Positions 25,310 to 40,447 of a DNA stretch of 64,000 nucleotides are shown here, in pieces. The stretch covers positions 76,880,001 through 76,944,000 of the forward strand of contig OZ024742.1 in NCBI GenBank assembly GCA_964016885.1. Direction: 5' to 3'. The notes beneath the pieces are model-generated. The model saw only the letters and a list, made by a program, of their open reading frames with translations. It was not told where the DNA came from and did not search any database. The position numbers and the translations under genes were made by a program. The stretch comes from Eledone cirrhosa (taxonomy: Eukaryota). Numbering within the stretch: position 1 is the stretch's first letter; every line of letters starts with the position of its first letter.

Positions 25310-28249
25310 ATATATATACCTGTTTCTAGGAAAAGCTTACTCATTTCGTTAAGAGATATATAGATATATTTCCGCTATGACTTGCACGCCATGCAAAGTA
25401 AATTTTCATGTTCATTCTCTTCGGAAATAATACAAACGCAATTTTAATATATCTACCTTACTGTAAAAAAAATAAACTGTCCATTTTTTGCGTTGCCTTG
25501 TGCTGTCTTCTGTGTGCATATATACATGTATCTGACATAGTTTCAACTGTCGTGTCTACCGCTTTTTATAATGCAAGATGACACTGAACAATGTGATTAA
25601 TTGTTTCAGTTCAGCTTCTAGTTCGATCTTCTTCTTTGGAGCTTCTTCTTCTATTTCTTTTTCTTTACGTTAGTTTCAGAAAGAAATAGTTGGTCGTCAC
25701 ACAGTAGTAAATTATTTTTCCTTCTCGACTTCTGATTTGCATGACGTTGTATTTCAATTTTACATATATGCTTTGTTTTTATTTTTGTGATTATCTTTTT
25801 TATCGATTTACATAAGATATCTGGTATATCAGCTTGTATTGTATATGACCATACGTTTTAAAAGACAGAAAACAGCTTCTATTTTCCAGTTTAATATTTA
25901 GAAAATATTTGTTTCGTTTTGGATTTAGTTTTAATAGGTACACCTGTAGCTCCACATTGAATATTCTGTGGAAGTGTTCGACATACCGATGTTCATTACT
26001 CAACTGTATTCGTGAAACATATCGTACCCATTTATACATTTCTCGGTCATCTCAACTACGTTCAGTCAGTTTCGTTTTGTTTCGTTGATGAAGTTTTCCC
26101 AGTAAAGTGAAATAAGGTTTGTTTTCATTCCCTCTAAATTGACTAGATGGGGAAGAACAGGCCGAATCGCTCTCTGTATCTTGTGTAAATGTTCGGTTCA
26201 TGGCCCCCGATATCAAGTGGGTAATGATTAAATTCCATCACGCAAAGTTTGAGAATATTATACCTGCAACATATTAAATGCGTAATTACATTATTAATAC
26301 CTATTATACTACTTTCACCTTAAAATCTGGTTTGAGTATTGGTTTCATTATTTCTTCATCATTTTCATATATCGATATATGTATATTACATTGAAAAGTA
26401 CTGATATTTCATGTTTAATCTAAAACTATATTGTTCATATCATGCCTTTGGGTATTGCATTATTGTCCTCAGTCTAATGCGTTTACTATAGATCTCATTC
26501 AGAAATTTACGGTATTCATATACCTAAGAAGTGATAGGGTGCTGGTTAAAATAAAGAATGCTATAGAACATCGGGCGGGAAAAGATCTCATTTTGGAATA
26601 AGAATATATCCTTAATTGGGTCGATTTCATTTTCACTTGTTATCATATTTTGGGATCTATCAAATTGATTCCATTTGCTTATGACATGTTTGATATTCTT
26701 AACATTTCAAAAGAAAAATAGAGAAATAATGCATACACTACTGATAATCACATCAATATTATTTTCAGAACTGACATCCTACTATTACAGCCTTCACATA
26801 TTGATCAATATTTAGTGTCCAAACCGACAAGAGATTTTGTGGTGATAATATTGTTTTTATGCAATTAGATTATTATTATTTTTTTCATTGTGAGAAATTT
26901 TCTTTTTTTCAAAAATACTGTTTCGATTTTAAGCAAAATGTATTCGATTTGCAATTTTCTATTCTTTTTTTTTTTTTTTTTCATTTTGATATTTATCATA
27001 ATTTTGGTCAACTGCTACCAACGCCAACTTTAATTGGATTTCGATATGCCATAGTTAATATTCCTGTTTATGGCAGGTATTTGTAATCATTTTGCATTGT
27101 TTTTCTAGATATTGTTTTGATCTCTTCGTCTGAATAATTATCATAGAATTTTAGTTGTATTTCACCCTTTGTATTTGTGGTAAATATAACAGTTATCGGA
27201 TTTTGGTGTTGCATTTTAAATGCAGTCATAAACTTCCTTATTATTTTGTTTAGTCTTACTAAGATTATAATTTGCATTAGGGAATATAAGTATAACACAC
27301 TTGTGAGAGCGCTAGGCTACTGAGAGCATATATGGTTGGTTAATCTAATTCATCTAGAATATAACCAGATATGTTTTACTTGAAATATGCTGTGCACATT
27401 GTCGTCCGGAAACCCTAATTATTTGTAATATATTTTTCAAATTCCTTTATCCCAAATGGCAATTGGATACAATTACGATAGTCCAATCTAAAGAAAACGA
27501 AAGTAACATTGCAAAAGCCTATCAATGTAAGGGAAGGAATGGGCAAGTATTATTACGCAACAAAAGAAAGAAAGAATTTGGGAGAGGGTGAAAGATTCTA
27601 CACCTAAGTCAGTAGCGTTTCGGCTGAATTCCTCGGACACAATTGCAAAGACAATGCCCCGCGCACAATGGTCAGAAACACCCGCTGCAACAGCCACACG
27701 GAGCTGCCGTGGATTCTTCCTCAGACCGGCAGCTGTTTTTCCGAATTAAATTATTTATCAAACATCAACAGTGTTTCAGATTAATTGTTCCTATATTGAT
27801 TTATCTTTCGAACAATTTCTCAAACAAATTTAGCAGTTTATCATGAGAAGTGGATAGGTTTAGATCGACCATATAAAAAAAAAAATGGATGATAACTCAA
27901 TCGAACCATTTGCGTGTGTACCTCGTCTATTTTTAGATAAATATAAAGGAATATCATTCTTCAATGGCTCTAGTTTCAAATGCAGAAAGTGACACTGGGT
28001 GGAATGATTCGTTTGCAGCACAGCTTTGTTGAAACAAATATTAATGTTTCAATGTAACAGCAGTTTAGAAGCAGGAAATATAATTTAACACGAAGCACCA
28101 CTGTAAGTGATTTGTTGTTGCTTTATTTAAATGAAAGTATTGGTTAATTTTTGGTTGGCTTTAATTGAATACAAATGTGGTTTGTCACCTACACTTTTAA
28201 GATATACGCGAATAATTTACACCTAGGGATAAAATAGTGGCATGATTCA

Positions 28250-29900
28250 CAGAGAACAGGAACTAGAGACATCATATTGTATGCTCCATCATTCGGCGGT
28301 CTTAGCCGAAATCGACTCAAAAATTGATCTCCACGTGGGTCTGTCGTTCATTGCCGTTGCCGTTGCCAAGTCCTGGATCACATTACAAGCGTCTCTGCTT
28401 GTGGTTTTGAAATCACTAGTAGAGACTCGGCCTCAGAGCTGGCCAGCAAATCTGTGTAGGCCAGTGTATGTGCCATGAAGGTGCTTTTGTTGTTTGGATG
28501 AAAGCATCCATGTTTCACTTCCTTATAGTAAGATTGGTTGAATTGTTACTACGAAGAGTCTGATTTTGATGTGGTTGGAAAGATTTGAGCGGCAAACTCG
28601 ATCTATCCTGTTGCAAGCTGACCATGCCTGGTCTTTTCTGGTGGTAAAATCCTTCCCAGAACCCATAATCCAGGAACCAGTATAGTAAGAATTCTCGACT
28701 TGTTTGATATGTATGCTATTTTACCCATGTGGATATGTAGTCCAACAAGGGATGCTGTTGCAAGGAGAGATGTCAATAGTTGTTGCGCATTTTCTAGGTA
28801 ATCTGCAAGCTGTGCAATTCCATCCGCAAAGTCAAGGTTAGTTATATGTTTAGAGAGGTACCTAGAGCTCATACGGGGTTTAATAGTTATACATTTGCTA
28901 TTTATTTTATCAATTGAGGGTCTCAGAGCGTAGTCCAGTGCAATGATATACAGAAATGGGACAAGCGTGTCACCCTGCAGCACTTCTGTTGAGAGGTGAA
29001 ATAATTATGTTGGGCCATCAGGGGTGATGTTAGTGGCACTTAATTGCTTTCACAAGTGTTTCTGGGGTGCCACACAAGGGTATAATTTCAAATAGAATGT
29101 TTCTGTTTATTCTATCAAAAGCTATTCTAAATTCACCAAAACCTAGAGCCATTGTCTGTTGGAGTTTCTCATTCTTCCACTACACCTCTCAAGGCCAAAA
29201 TATGTTCAGGTGTAGATCTACCACACCAAAAACCGTTTTGGTTGATATGAAAGATTGGATCAACACACGAAACTATATGGTTGAGGATTAGCTTGTCGAT
29301 CTTGGCAATAATGGGCATAACTGATATTTCCCGGTAGTGTTTGGGGGATGACAGGTCACCTTTTCGGGATAAGAACTATGCCTGCCTTCAGCCAACTTAT
29401 TGGAGGACTTGTGTTGCTTAAAGTGTCGTTGATAATATGACTGAAGTAAGGTTTGGGTCTTTCCAAATTATACCGGCTATGTTGTCGAGAACGGGTGATT
29501 TGTTTTTCAAGTGTTTTGATCATCTGGTTGATCTTACTCAAGGTGAAAAGTCCAGGGTGTCGATGTCGAATTCAGGTGATACCACAGACTTGAGAGATCG
29601 CCTTCTACAGGGGATGGTACACCAAGTAGACCCTCCAAGTGTTCAGTCCAGCTCTCTTTCCTAGCTTCTTGAGCACCTCCTTTGATAAAGCTTGAATGTT
29701 TCTCCTTTCAGCCAGTTATTTCGTTGACTAGAGCCCATATAGCTGCTTGCTGATTATTTATATAAAGTGTTTTAAGTTTGTCTATTTTTCCTTCTACATA
29801 CTCCGCAAGAGCAGTTGTGTACGCCTCATCAAGGTCTTTTTACATTGGCTCATTTGGCTTTTCAGTAAACTAGTTGGTTTTGTGTTGTACTGAGAAGACA
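28250..29900 (-). mobile_element. Degenerate RTE LINE
   Basis: LQGDTLVPFLYIIALDYALR..ITNLDFADGIA and WLKAGIVLIPK; similar to the element at 59822-61221. Confidence 0.78.
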
Positions 29901-31821
29901 TACGTTGATGTATAGCCCATCAGCCTATAAGAAGCCACTAACTAGAAAATTTGATTTGCTAAAATAGGAAGCGAGCATATGATTTATAGAAGTACAAGAG
30001 TAGAAAACATTGATATTAATGTATAAGTTCACAAATCTAACTTCGTACGTGTAACTGCATTAGTACCAACAAATAGCCACTGTAGGAAAAGTTCATTGAA
30101 AGAAGGAACATCCTGAAGTCATGAATTTGGTGAGAGAACTTAATATATTTCTCTTATGTCGGACCAAAGACTAGTAGCATAAACATCGTATACACAACAT
30201 ACATGCAACACACTAGCTTTGAAGTAGTTTTAAACCCTGTTGAGACAACGTTGGGCACCGACTCTTGCTCGATATATATTCACACATAATAGTTGAAATG
30301 GTTGATGCGTCATACTTTCGATACCGGTTTATGATGCACATAAAATTATTCTGATTGTGCATTTACTGATGATTAAAGACGGAAGGGCAATTCTACAGAA
30401 AGATTTCCGAATAACTTTGTAGCACAAAACACTGGTGAATACCAAATCACAATTCTTACAGCAATATACAAATGATGTCAGTGGAGGACAGTGCTTACAT
30501 ACTAATGCAAGTTAAAACATCTCTCTTCATATTACTAATCTTATATGAAATTTCGAAACGCTCACAAATATAGATTTTCATGTACTCTGAAATATTCGGC
30601 AATTACAAGAAACTTTCCAATAACAATAACAACAATTAATGTAATTACGCTTCTTTTGTCTCTTATCACCGTTACGGGTTCGCATAGAATTCAATGAAAA
30701 TATACGTTTTACACAAATCAATAACATTTATACGCATGGTAAAACACATTCTGGAATACAAAATTAACGGGGTTTAAGGATATAAAATTACATACCACAA
30801 ACCACAAATACAACAATGTTCATTCATATTGCCATCAGCATGTGACATAAATCCAATAAACATCTCTTGGATTTCGAACTGAACGCATTAAACAGATATA
30901 ACATTAACATTAATCACTTTACATCCTAAACAATCCCAGCTCATATACACACATTTCCATTGAAGTGAATTACAACAATTCTTCCTCATGCATCACTATC
31001 TGTTCCATAGAACTAACTTGTCAATCGAGTCTCCAATGTTCGTCAGACCGAACTGGTATATCAAATGGCATAATGGATTAATTTACACTAAACATCCAGG
31101 TTTTCTTATTTGAAAAAACTCCGCAATCATCACCTTAGTCAACGCAGTACATATATCGACAAAGTAATTAGGGGTGCATCTAAAAAGCATTACTCAAATT
31201 TTGGCGTATACGATACAATCGCAATTACACAACAAAAGTTTCCAAAACCTGAAACCAAATAAAACATGGAATGCATAAAATATCACACTAAGAATAATAC
31301 ATTACATCAATAATTATTATAAAATAAAGACATTGGGTGTGTTATCTCAACAGTAATGCATTTAAATGCAGACGGCATTGTAAAATGTTTTTGTGAAACC
31401 ATCAACCCGATGTCGGCATACATATTCTCCAGGATTTTGCTTTCCATTAAATCCCGGACCACCAATATGTAAACCTCAAAATTAAATATAACAGTGCCAA
31501 AATAGAATATATAATACATGAGAGAACAAGGCTTCAAAACATTCCCAAATAAACCAACCAACAATATTGAAACCCATAAGCTGGAAGCTGTGTAAAATAA
31601 TATAGATGCAAATATTGAGTAATCAGCATTTTATGCATTCTCTAAAGTATCCTAGAAAGTGTAATTCCTTATACATGTATATATATAAATCAACTAGAAA
31701 TTGATTGACATATATATATATATCTAAAATAAACATATGAAGCAATCTACAGTTGATATGGCGCATGTCTTTCGGACATGACACCCTTAATTTAATTTTG
31801 GATATATATATATTTTTTAAG

Positions 31822-32030
31822 GATCGATCGACTTTCGTCAAATCGGACCGAGGAAACAAAGTTTTTCTAGTGGCTAGTACTATCTGTCGGTCGCAACTCC
31901 AGGTAGAAGGAGCAACGTGAAATTAAATGTCTTGCTCAAAGAAATAACGCATCAACCCGTCCAGGACACGAACTCACAACCTCAAGATTGTGAATCCAAT
32001 TCTCTAACCACTCAGCCACACGCCTTCACG
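31822..32030 (-). mobile_element. tRNA-derived SINE, family B (CORE-like TTGAGCAAG motif)
   Basis: Reverse-complement homolog of 55891-56112; A-box TGGCTGAGTGG and a B-box-like GAGTTCG. Confidence 0.8.
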
Positions 32031-32036
32031 CATTCA

Positions 32037-32098
<62 letters not shown>

Positions 32099-32121
32099 AT
32101 ATATATATATATATATATGTG

Positions 32122-32873
<752 letters not shown>

Positions 32874-32911
32874 TATATATGTAGTGAATATATGTATGTG
32901 TATATATATAT

Positions 32912-33039
32912 AGTGAATATCATTTCACACCTTTTATTGTTAAGATTTTTGATGTTCTATTAAGAGAACCGATTTTACTGAAAAAATCGAATAATGTACA
33001 CCATTTTACCAGGGGGAAAACAATACTGGTCCACCCACA

Positions 33040-33109
<70 letters not shown>

Positions 33110-33369
33110 CACAAACACATACACACGCGTACATCAACATACAAAGAGACTTATACACACACACACACACACGCACTTCTCCGTCTAAGACAAAAGCTGA
33201 AAAATATCTTTTGACATGCTAAAATACCCCCCATTGCTTTCAGACACATTCTTACTGACCATCGAATTACTCTGCTATACACACACACACACACACACTT
33301 ATCTTAATAGCCATTTGACACACATCGCTGCTGGTCATTGTCGCAGCATCGAACACCTTACTACTACTA

Positions 33370-33419
<50 letters not shown>

Positions 33420-33905
33420 ACACATATTTGTTGTGAAAGAGTCATTTCTCAATCTTGGCGCAAAACCAATTTTTTAACCACATGACCTCTACCGACCAAT
33501 CAAAATTGTTTTGACCAAGAATTTTTGCTGGAGCCACTTTTTTAACATAAAAACAGTCTTGACGCAAAATCAACTTTTTACATTCACATGACCTCTACCG
33601 ACCAATCAAAATTGTTTTGACCACAAACATTTTTGCAACACAAAAATAACGCTGGAGCCACTTTTTTAACATAAAAACAGGTAGAATTCTCAAAACTAAT
33701 CAGATCAGAGCAAACAGCACGGACACTCTATCTCAAAATTATTTTTGAAAAGCATTTAGAAATGCGCAACCGGTAAAAACTTAAAAACTTAAAACCACAA
33801 CTGAATACTAACCCATACAATCACTAATACTCTTTTATTCCTAATTAAACCATTTTTCAACTGTGAACAATTTGTCGGCATTTTCTATTCCGTTTACCAA
33901 TATAT
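32912..33905 (+). mobile_element. Non-coding 3' tail (pLTR) copy of the 17635 PLE family
   Basis: Closely similar to 20175-21160 and 24290-24945; ends ..ccgtttaccaa(ta)n. Confidence 0.88.
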
Positions 33906-34682
33906 ATATATATATATAAATGTACGAGTAAAGTTTGTATGTGTAGATAAGTGTACAAACAAAAATAAAAGATTGCTTACCACAGTATTTTTCTCAACAT
34001 GGTCCTTATAGATTACAACAATAGGGAACAAATTATAGTAACCAGTTGGAAGATCATGGTTTAATAATATTTTTAAATGTATTGGAAAAACCAACACTAA
34101 GCGTAAAGTATAAAAAAACGTGGGGAATGTTATCAAATATTTATTCTTTAACCTATGTTTCAATACAATGCTGGTTGTATATTAATATTATCATTATGCC
34201 CATTCCCTAGCAATACATTAAATGTTGCATTTCTTCAGAAAGATTTCAAAAAGATTTCAAAGTAGGGGCTAGGTTTGTCGCCTCCTGCAGTAACAATATT
34301 TCTACTTTTATCCGCTGCGAATAAAAGGCATCGGGTCTAAGGGGAGAGGAAAGATATATTTTGGAGGGACAGAAGGGGTGGTAATAAATAATAAAGAATA
34401 ATAAAATTATTTTTAAAAATAAAACAATAAAAATTAGCTATGAAAAAAGTAATGAGATGAAGTAAAGACAAAAACTCCTAAGGGGCAAACTTTTACATAA
34501 ACACATATGTACAATATATATACATATATACATATATATATAGTGTCCATGTGTTTTTATGTAAAAGTAAATGTTCACACTTATACATATGGATACATAA
34601 GTACACACATACATAATAATCTTCTACACAGCATATATACGCGTATACGCTCACTCGCACACACACACACACATACACACAT

Positions 34683-34771
<89 letters not shown>

Positions 34772-35357
34772 CGTACACACACATACAACATACAAATATA
34801 CGCAGACATATATCGATACTTATGCAGGGAAATACACTCATAGAAGAGTTAAAGTTTATATAATATTAATAATAAGTGAGGTAGGAAGTGGGATAAGATC
34901 CTTTGAATGAAGTGTTTAAAAGGCTATTTTATCTGACTGACAAAATTGTAAGGATAGATTAGGGAACTCTTAGGTAAGGACAAACATATATAAATATAAA
35001 AATAATATAACTTGTTGACATAAGATACTATCAAATGGAGATATGGCAAGAGAAATCTATGTGGATAAAGAAAAATAGGATCTAATCTAATGTTATACAA
35101 AGAGGAAAAAATAAATATGCAGCCATCGGGGTATATCGAAAATAAAATAGGAATAAAATATTTATACAACAGAAAAGAAAGATGCTAAGCTGGGTAGTAC
35201 CTGGCAAAATTACGTTGTAATCCTATGTTGGCAATTAATGACTCTGTCCTGACGAGAGTTTAACAGATCAGATCCAAACATAATTTCCATAACCATTTTG
35301 AAATCTTTCTGAAGAAATGCATTATTTAATGTAATGCTAGTGAATGGGAATAAAAAT

Positions 35358-35532
35358 AATTGTTTCTACTTATTGCACAAGGCCAGCAATTACCCAGTAC
35401 ATTACAGGAACTTTATTTTATCGACCCAATAAGGACGAACGGCAAGATTCACCTCGGTGGGATTTGAACTTAGTCCATAACTGTGCGGAAAAGCATGGAG
35501 TCTTACCCTCTACCGATACTGCCAATTCACCA
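35358..35532 (-). mobile_element. SINE family A copy
   Basis: Homologous to 7271-7456. Confidence 0.8.
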
Positions 35533-35914
35533 ATGGGATTAAATATAATGCTAATATGCAAACAGCATTATGTATACTTATATTGAAACATATGTTAAAG
35601 AATGAACTTTTGATAAAATCCTTCACTTTTTTCTACACCTCACTCCGATTGTTTGTTATTCATATATATATATATTCATATATATATATATATATATATT
35701 ATTTATTAGAAAGTGAGTTTTTTTTTAACAAAACGAAAAATAACTGAGGTGTCCTACACTAGTGAAAGTATAAAGAAAAAAAAGATGAAATCCAAAATGC
35801 AACTGGAGTCTTATTTAAAAAAAATATATATATATTTATTGGGTTCCTTTACCGGTTTCGCAGTTCTTCTGCTTTTCAAAAGTAGAGTTGAGATGCAGGG
35901 TCTGTGGTTTTTAT

Positions 35915-35990
<76 letters not shown>

Positions 35991-36099
35991 ATATCCACCT
36001 CTGTAAATGGGGTCACAGATTCGAATTTCTAAACTTATCAGTTCATTTTCAGGGATATAAAAAACTTCCTGCCAACCTAGAATTAACAGCAACACCAAC

Positions 36100-38900
36100 T
36101 TAAGATTCGGAAAACAAACAGATTTTGCTATTGTCTTACACAACATATTTACATCTTTAAACGCATCATGTATCACTGTCCACCAATCAATCCATTGTGT
36201 TGTCAGGTATCTGTAGTGTAGGAATGATGGTTACAGAATCTGCATTATGTGTTGTAGACAATCGCTGTCTTCCTTCTTCACAGTAGCTTACATCTCAAAT
36301 TCGGACAAGCTCAACAATAAGTCGGTGTTATTGAAGAGATTGAACCCATTTATAATCGAGGTGAATGGTCGATTCCACCATGTTCTTACACTGCTAGAGA
36401 TTTCAACTTTCATGTCTTGGCATACAATTTCTGTCTTCACAAAGTAGATGCTTCTCATTAATGTCATTGCTTTTCACCTGTGTTCGACCTCCTGCTACAT
36501 TTTCCGACAACATTCATTTTGTTTCCGCGCAGTATAATTTAAGGCGTACAACTGAATGCTGTGAAGCTCTACTAGCATAGTCTACAACTGATCTGTGATA
36601 TATGCAATGACACTGATGTCGTTTGCGAAACATATGTTCAGTTGCTCGCTGTTTTCCACTGAATGTTTTCGATAACAATTTCGAGACATGCTTCAAGGTT
36701 GTTTTTTATATCACTTAACTTTTAGAGTAAGGTACAAATAGAATCCTTCGAAAGCCATGACATGTCTCCTTTTTTCAAATATTGATTGTAACGGAAAAGA
36801 AGGGATTTCCGCAGGTGAAATAATTCATAAAATGCTCGTTCTCATATCATTTCCTGAAGCTTAATCTTCTCTTACCAAAATTGGTGTCATTACTTCCATT
36901 TGTTGTGACGTTGGAGGATCGAAAGTCTTTGTTTTTGAATGTGTCACGATCTATAAATATATGTCGCTGTTGCATCTCATTCGACTTTCCTTCCCTTCTA
37001 ATAACAGCTTCTTAATCGTTAGTTCTCGAAATACATTTACAAAAAAAAAAAAACGTAACATTTGAGGTGATCTCTTTTCATATACATCCGTTTCTCTCAA
37101 ATCTTCCTCGTATCGTCTGAGATTCCTCCGTTTTGCTCCCGTTGATGCTTATTCCACGCAGCCTTTAATTCTCTGGCTTGTTGAAACATAATATTTACCA
37201 ATTTCTTCAAATTACCTGATATTCTGCTCTCTGTGGTGTAAGTTGAGTTACATTGCCTTCGTATCTATAAACCTTTCGATACATATTTAGCACATAGCAG
37301 ACTATGGCTGTTGTCAGATTTGAATGGCGCTGTGAACAAATACTCTGGCAATATGCAGCGCTTCTTGATCAGGATGAAATCACACGTTTCCCAAGTTAGT
37401 TTCGAAATAACCAATCATGACAGTATAAGTGGATTTCCCTACTAGCGTTTCTCTGTCTCTTGATTGAATTTCTTCATATTTTCATCCTTGATAGTACACA
37501 AGGCTGACAGATCTACAAAACAGCATTCCTTGAGAGAAACAAAAGTACGTTAAATATCCTATAATTTCTATTCGAACGAACACCCTTGCACTCGCAGCAT
37601 CTGCCTTTCTTAGTTTAGTGACACTCACTTCAACACATTTGGCAATTAATTCTTCCCATCTATACGAGTTAAACAGTCCGCACATATCTACTCCATTAAA
37701 TTGGTTATACCAGTTCTTGTCAATGGTTCCAATGGCTACACACAGTTTGTAGGTTTATGTACCCGATAAGTTAGTGGCGTAAGTATATCTGAGAATCGAT
37801 ACAGTATTTCCGTAACGCTGTAGTTATGTATATTCATAGTTTGAATTATTGAATAAAAAATATTGTAAAATTTTTCTTGGTGTCATATGAATTAATAACG
37901 AGATGTTATGTATATATTTTCCACAGTATTTTGTAAAAGAGCATGTTTCTATATTATCCTGTCATTTCCGTATATTCAAACATCTTCCCGAACCTGAAAT
38001 TGCGTTCAAAACTATATTATGTTCTCAAACATAGGAAATGTATACAAAGATCAGAAATGATGCATTGAAAAATGAGATGTGTTTCCCAATAAAAACGGAT
38101 CTGTGCATAGTAAATTCCCCTTATATCTTACATATCCGATATGACATTTAAAATAAAACAATGAACGTATACGGGGATGGTTGAATATTTCATAAGCTGA
38201 CTATGAAGAATGATGCCCGCGCTGTGAAGTCTTGCATGCATTAATAGTTTCTTTCCAGGCTCTATTAGGAAAATATACCTCATTTGGTCATTCCATGAGA
38301 TAACTTGATCAGCATATTGACGTTTCAGCCCACCCACAATAATTATATTGTTTGACCACACATATTTCGAAAGAGCATATACAGATAATCTTTGTATGTT
38401 TTTTTATTTCTCTGGTATACAGTTATGAATGACATATTTCTGAATGGTTCAAGGTGTCAGGTCACCATACATGTGTATGGTTAATAATATATTTGTATCT
38501 AGAGTACTTACAATCATAGATGGCCGTCGAGAACTATAAGAGACAACCGAATTCCTTTGTTAACACTTTGAATTTACCCGCAAAAAACCGGGGGTTGCTT
38601 CCCTTGTTGGAAATAACACGTGACAACGAAATGTTTGAAGGCTGTATTGTGGCGGCCGCATTTCATTTGTTCGCACCAGTGTGAGGCAATAGAACCGAAT
38701 GCATGTTGATTAAATGAATACCCTGTTCGATCATGGAATAGCACAAGCTTACGTGTTACGTAAGTTGCATAGATGATTTCGCTTTCATAGAAACATATCG
38801 GACGTATTCCAGAATATTGTCCGATTGGTTCAGGTCTGTTTTAACTTGATTAGTTCTATCATTGTTTTGGTATTGTATGGTTGGGTTTTGCCTACCGCAA
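36100..38900 (-). mobile_element. Highly decayed DNA transposon, probably piggyBac-like; boundaries approximate
   Basis: Minus strand near 37660-37710 reads WYNQFNGVDMCGLFNSYR, compared with the piggyBac YNxxMGGVDxxD..Y motif. A Cys/His-rich remnant lies downstream (EHMFRKRHQCHC). Confidence 0.4.
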
Positions 38901-38944
38901 ATTTCAACTTGTCAAGCTATTTAAATGTATGTTATTACTCTAAG

Positions 38945-39112
38945 GACGATGGATTGGCAGTATCGGTAGAGAGTCGGACGTCATGCTTTCCAGCATAGTT
39001 ACGTCTGAGTTCAAATAGCCGAGGTTCACTTTGCCTTTCATCCTTACGGGGTCGATAAAATAAAGTACCTGTACTGTGTAATTGCTGGCCTTGTGCCAAA
39101 AGTAAAAACATA
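38945..39112 (+). mobile_element. SINE family A copy
   Basis: GGATTGGCAGTATCGGTAGA..GAGTTCAAATAGCCGAGGTTCACTTTGCCTTTCATCCTTACGGGGTCGATAAAATAAAGTACC. Confidence 0.82.
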
Positions 39113-39191
39113 TTGAGTGCTTAACTATTCATTCCTTATTGTAGCTCGACTTTGCTAGGCCACAGTCAAAGCTTCGATTTTACTAAGCTTC

Positions 39192-39264
<73 letters not shown>

Positions 39265-39268
<4 letters not shown>

Positions 39269-40302
39269 AGAAGCAAAAAATTGCTTATTGTAATCCAGTT
39301 ATTGGTTAAGAAAGCCAGTTTCATGGATGGTTTAAACGTACGGTTAGGGGTAACTCCACAAGTTTGTAAGAATTCACAAGATTAATGAAAACTTAGCATA
39401 CATCAACTGTAACTCAAACCACCCACTATGCATAATTAAATCCATTCCACGCAGCATATCCCTTAGGATCTCCCGCCTCTCATCTAACCGGCAAATCTTC
39501 GAAGAACATGCAGAATACTACAATACCGCATTAGACAAGGCAGGCCACTTAGATAGAGTAGAATATATAGATGAGAGCCTCTGTGAAGCACACACGAACA
39601 CGCATAACACAAACTCCAGAAACACACGCATACACACATTTACGCATAGAACCGCAAAGTATACGGCAAATAGAAGTACAACATCGAAATCAAACAAGTC
39701 ACGCAGTAGAAAATATATTTGGTATAACCCCATATTTAACACCTCTATTAGTACTAACCTACCCTCTACTTTCTTTAGAATAATAAATAGGCACTTTCCA
39801 GATTCACATAGATACAGCAAAATCCTTAACACTAAATCTATTAGACTATCCTACTCCACGGCACCAAATATAGAAGCACACATTAAGATGCTTAACGCTA
39901 AAAAGATACATAACAACACCAGTTAAAAACATTTAGAAGACCATACGGTATTATTTTTAAAGTAGTGACTATATCACTTACTTATTTTCGGCGAAAGAGG
40001 GAGAGTGGTTGACAGTCTGTTTCACGCAGGTTGGCGTTCATCAGAACCACTCACACTCTATCGCTATTTCAGAGCACCAATCCCAATTCCTAATTTTTGC
40101 TGGTCCGGCTACCGCTCTGTATAATCAGCTCCTGATCGTTATTGGAATTCTATAAGAATCCAGCAACTATAGTTTTCGGAGGCAGCAGAGGAGTGCGTGG
40201 TTCTGATGAATGCCATGGTCAGTACTTTAAAAGTGATAGCGTATGGTCTTCTAAATTTATTTAATTAAACATACAGTATATTGCTAAATATACTATACAT
40301 AC

Positions 40303-40305
<3 letters not shown>
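39265..40305 (+). mobile_element. Penelope-like element fragment from a second lineage (WFNPP-type RT C-terminus) followed by inverted and forward terminal segments
   Basis: Manual translation: AYINCNSNHPLCIIKSIPRSISLRISRLSSNRQIFEEHAEYYNTALDKAG...WYNP...HFPDSHRYSKILNTKSIRLSYSTAPNIEAHI. The terminus is homologous to 13786-14440. Flanked by (TA)n. Confidence 0.78.
40003..40052 (-). ncRNA. Canonical type I hammerhead ribozyme
   Basis: Minus strand: GAGTGGTT-CTGATGA-ACGC-caacct-GCGT-GAAA-CAG-a-CTG-TC-AACCACTC. 8-bp stem I, 4-bp stem II, GUC site. Confidence 0.88.
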
Positions 40306-40373
<68 letters not shown>

Positions 40374-40390
40374 TACAGACACAGACACAG

Positions 40391-40447
<57 letters not shown>

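Noticed and set aside
30083-30135. Possible short exon (AG...GTGAG)
   Set aside because: It has stop codons in two frames, no recognisable peptide and no partner exons.
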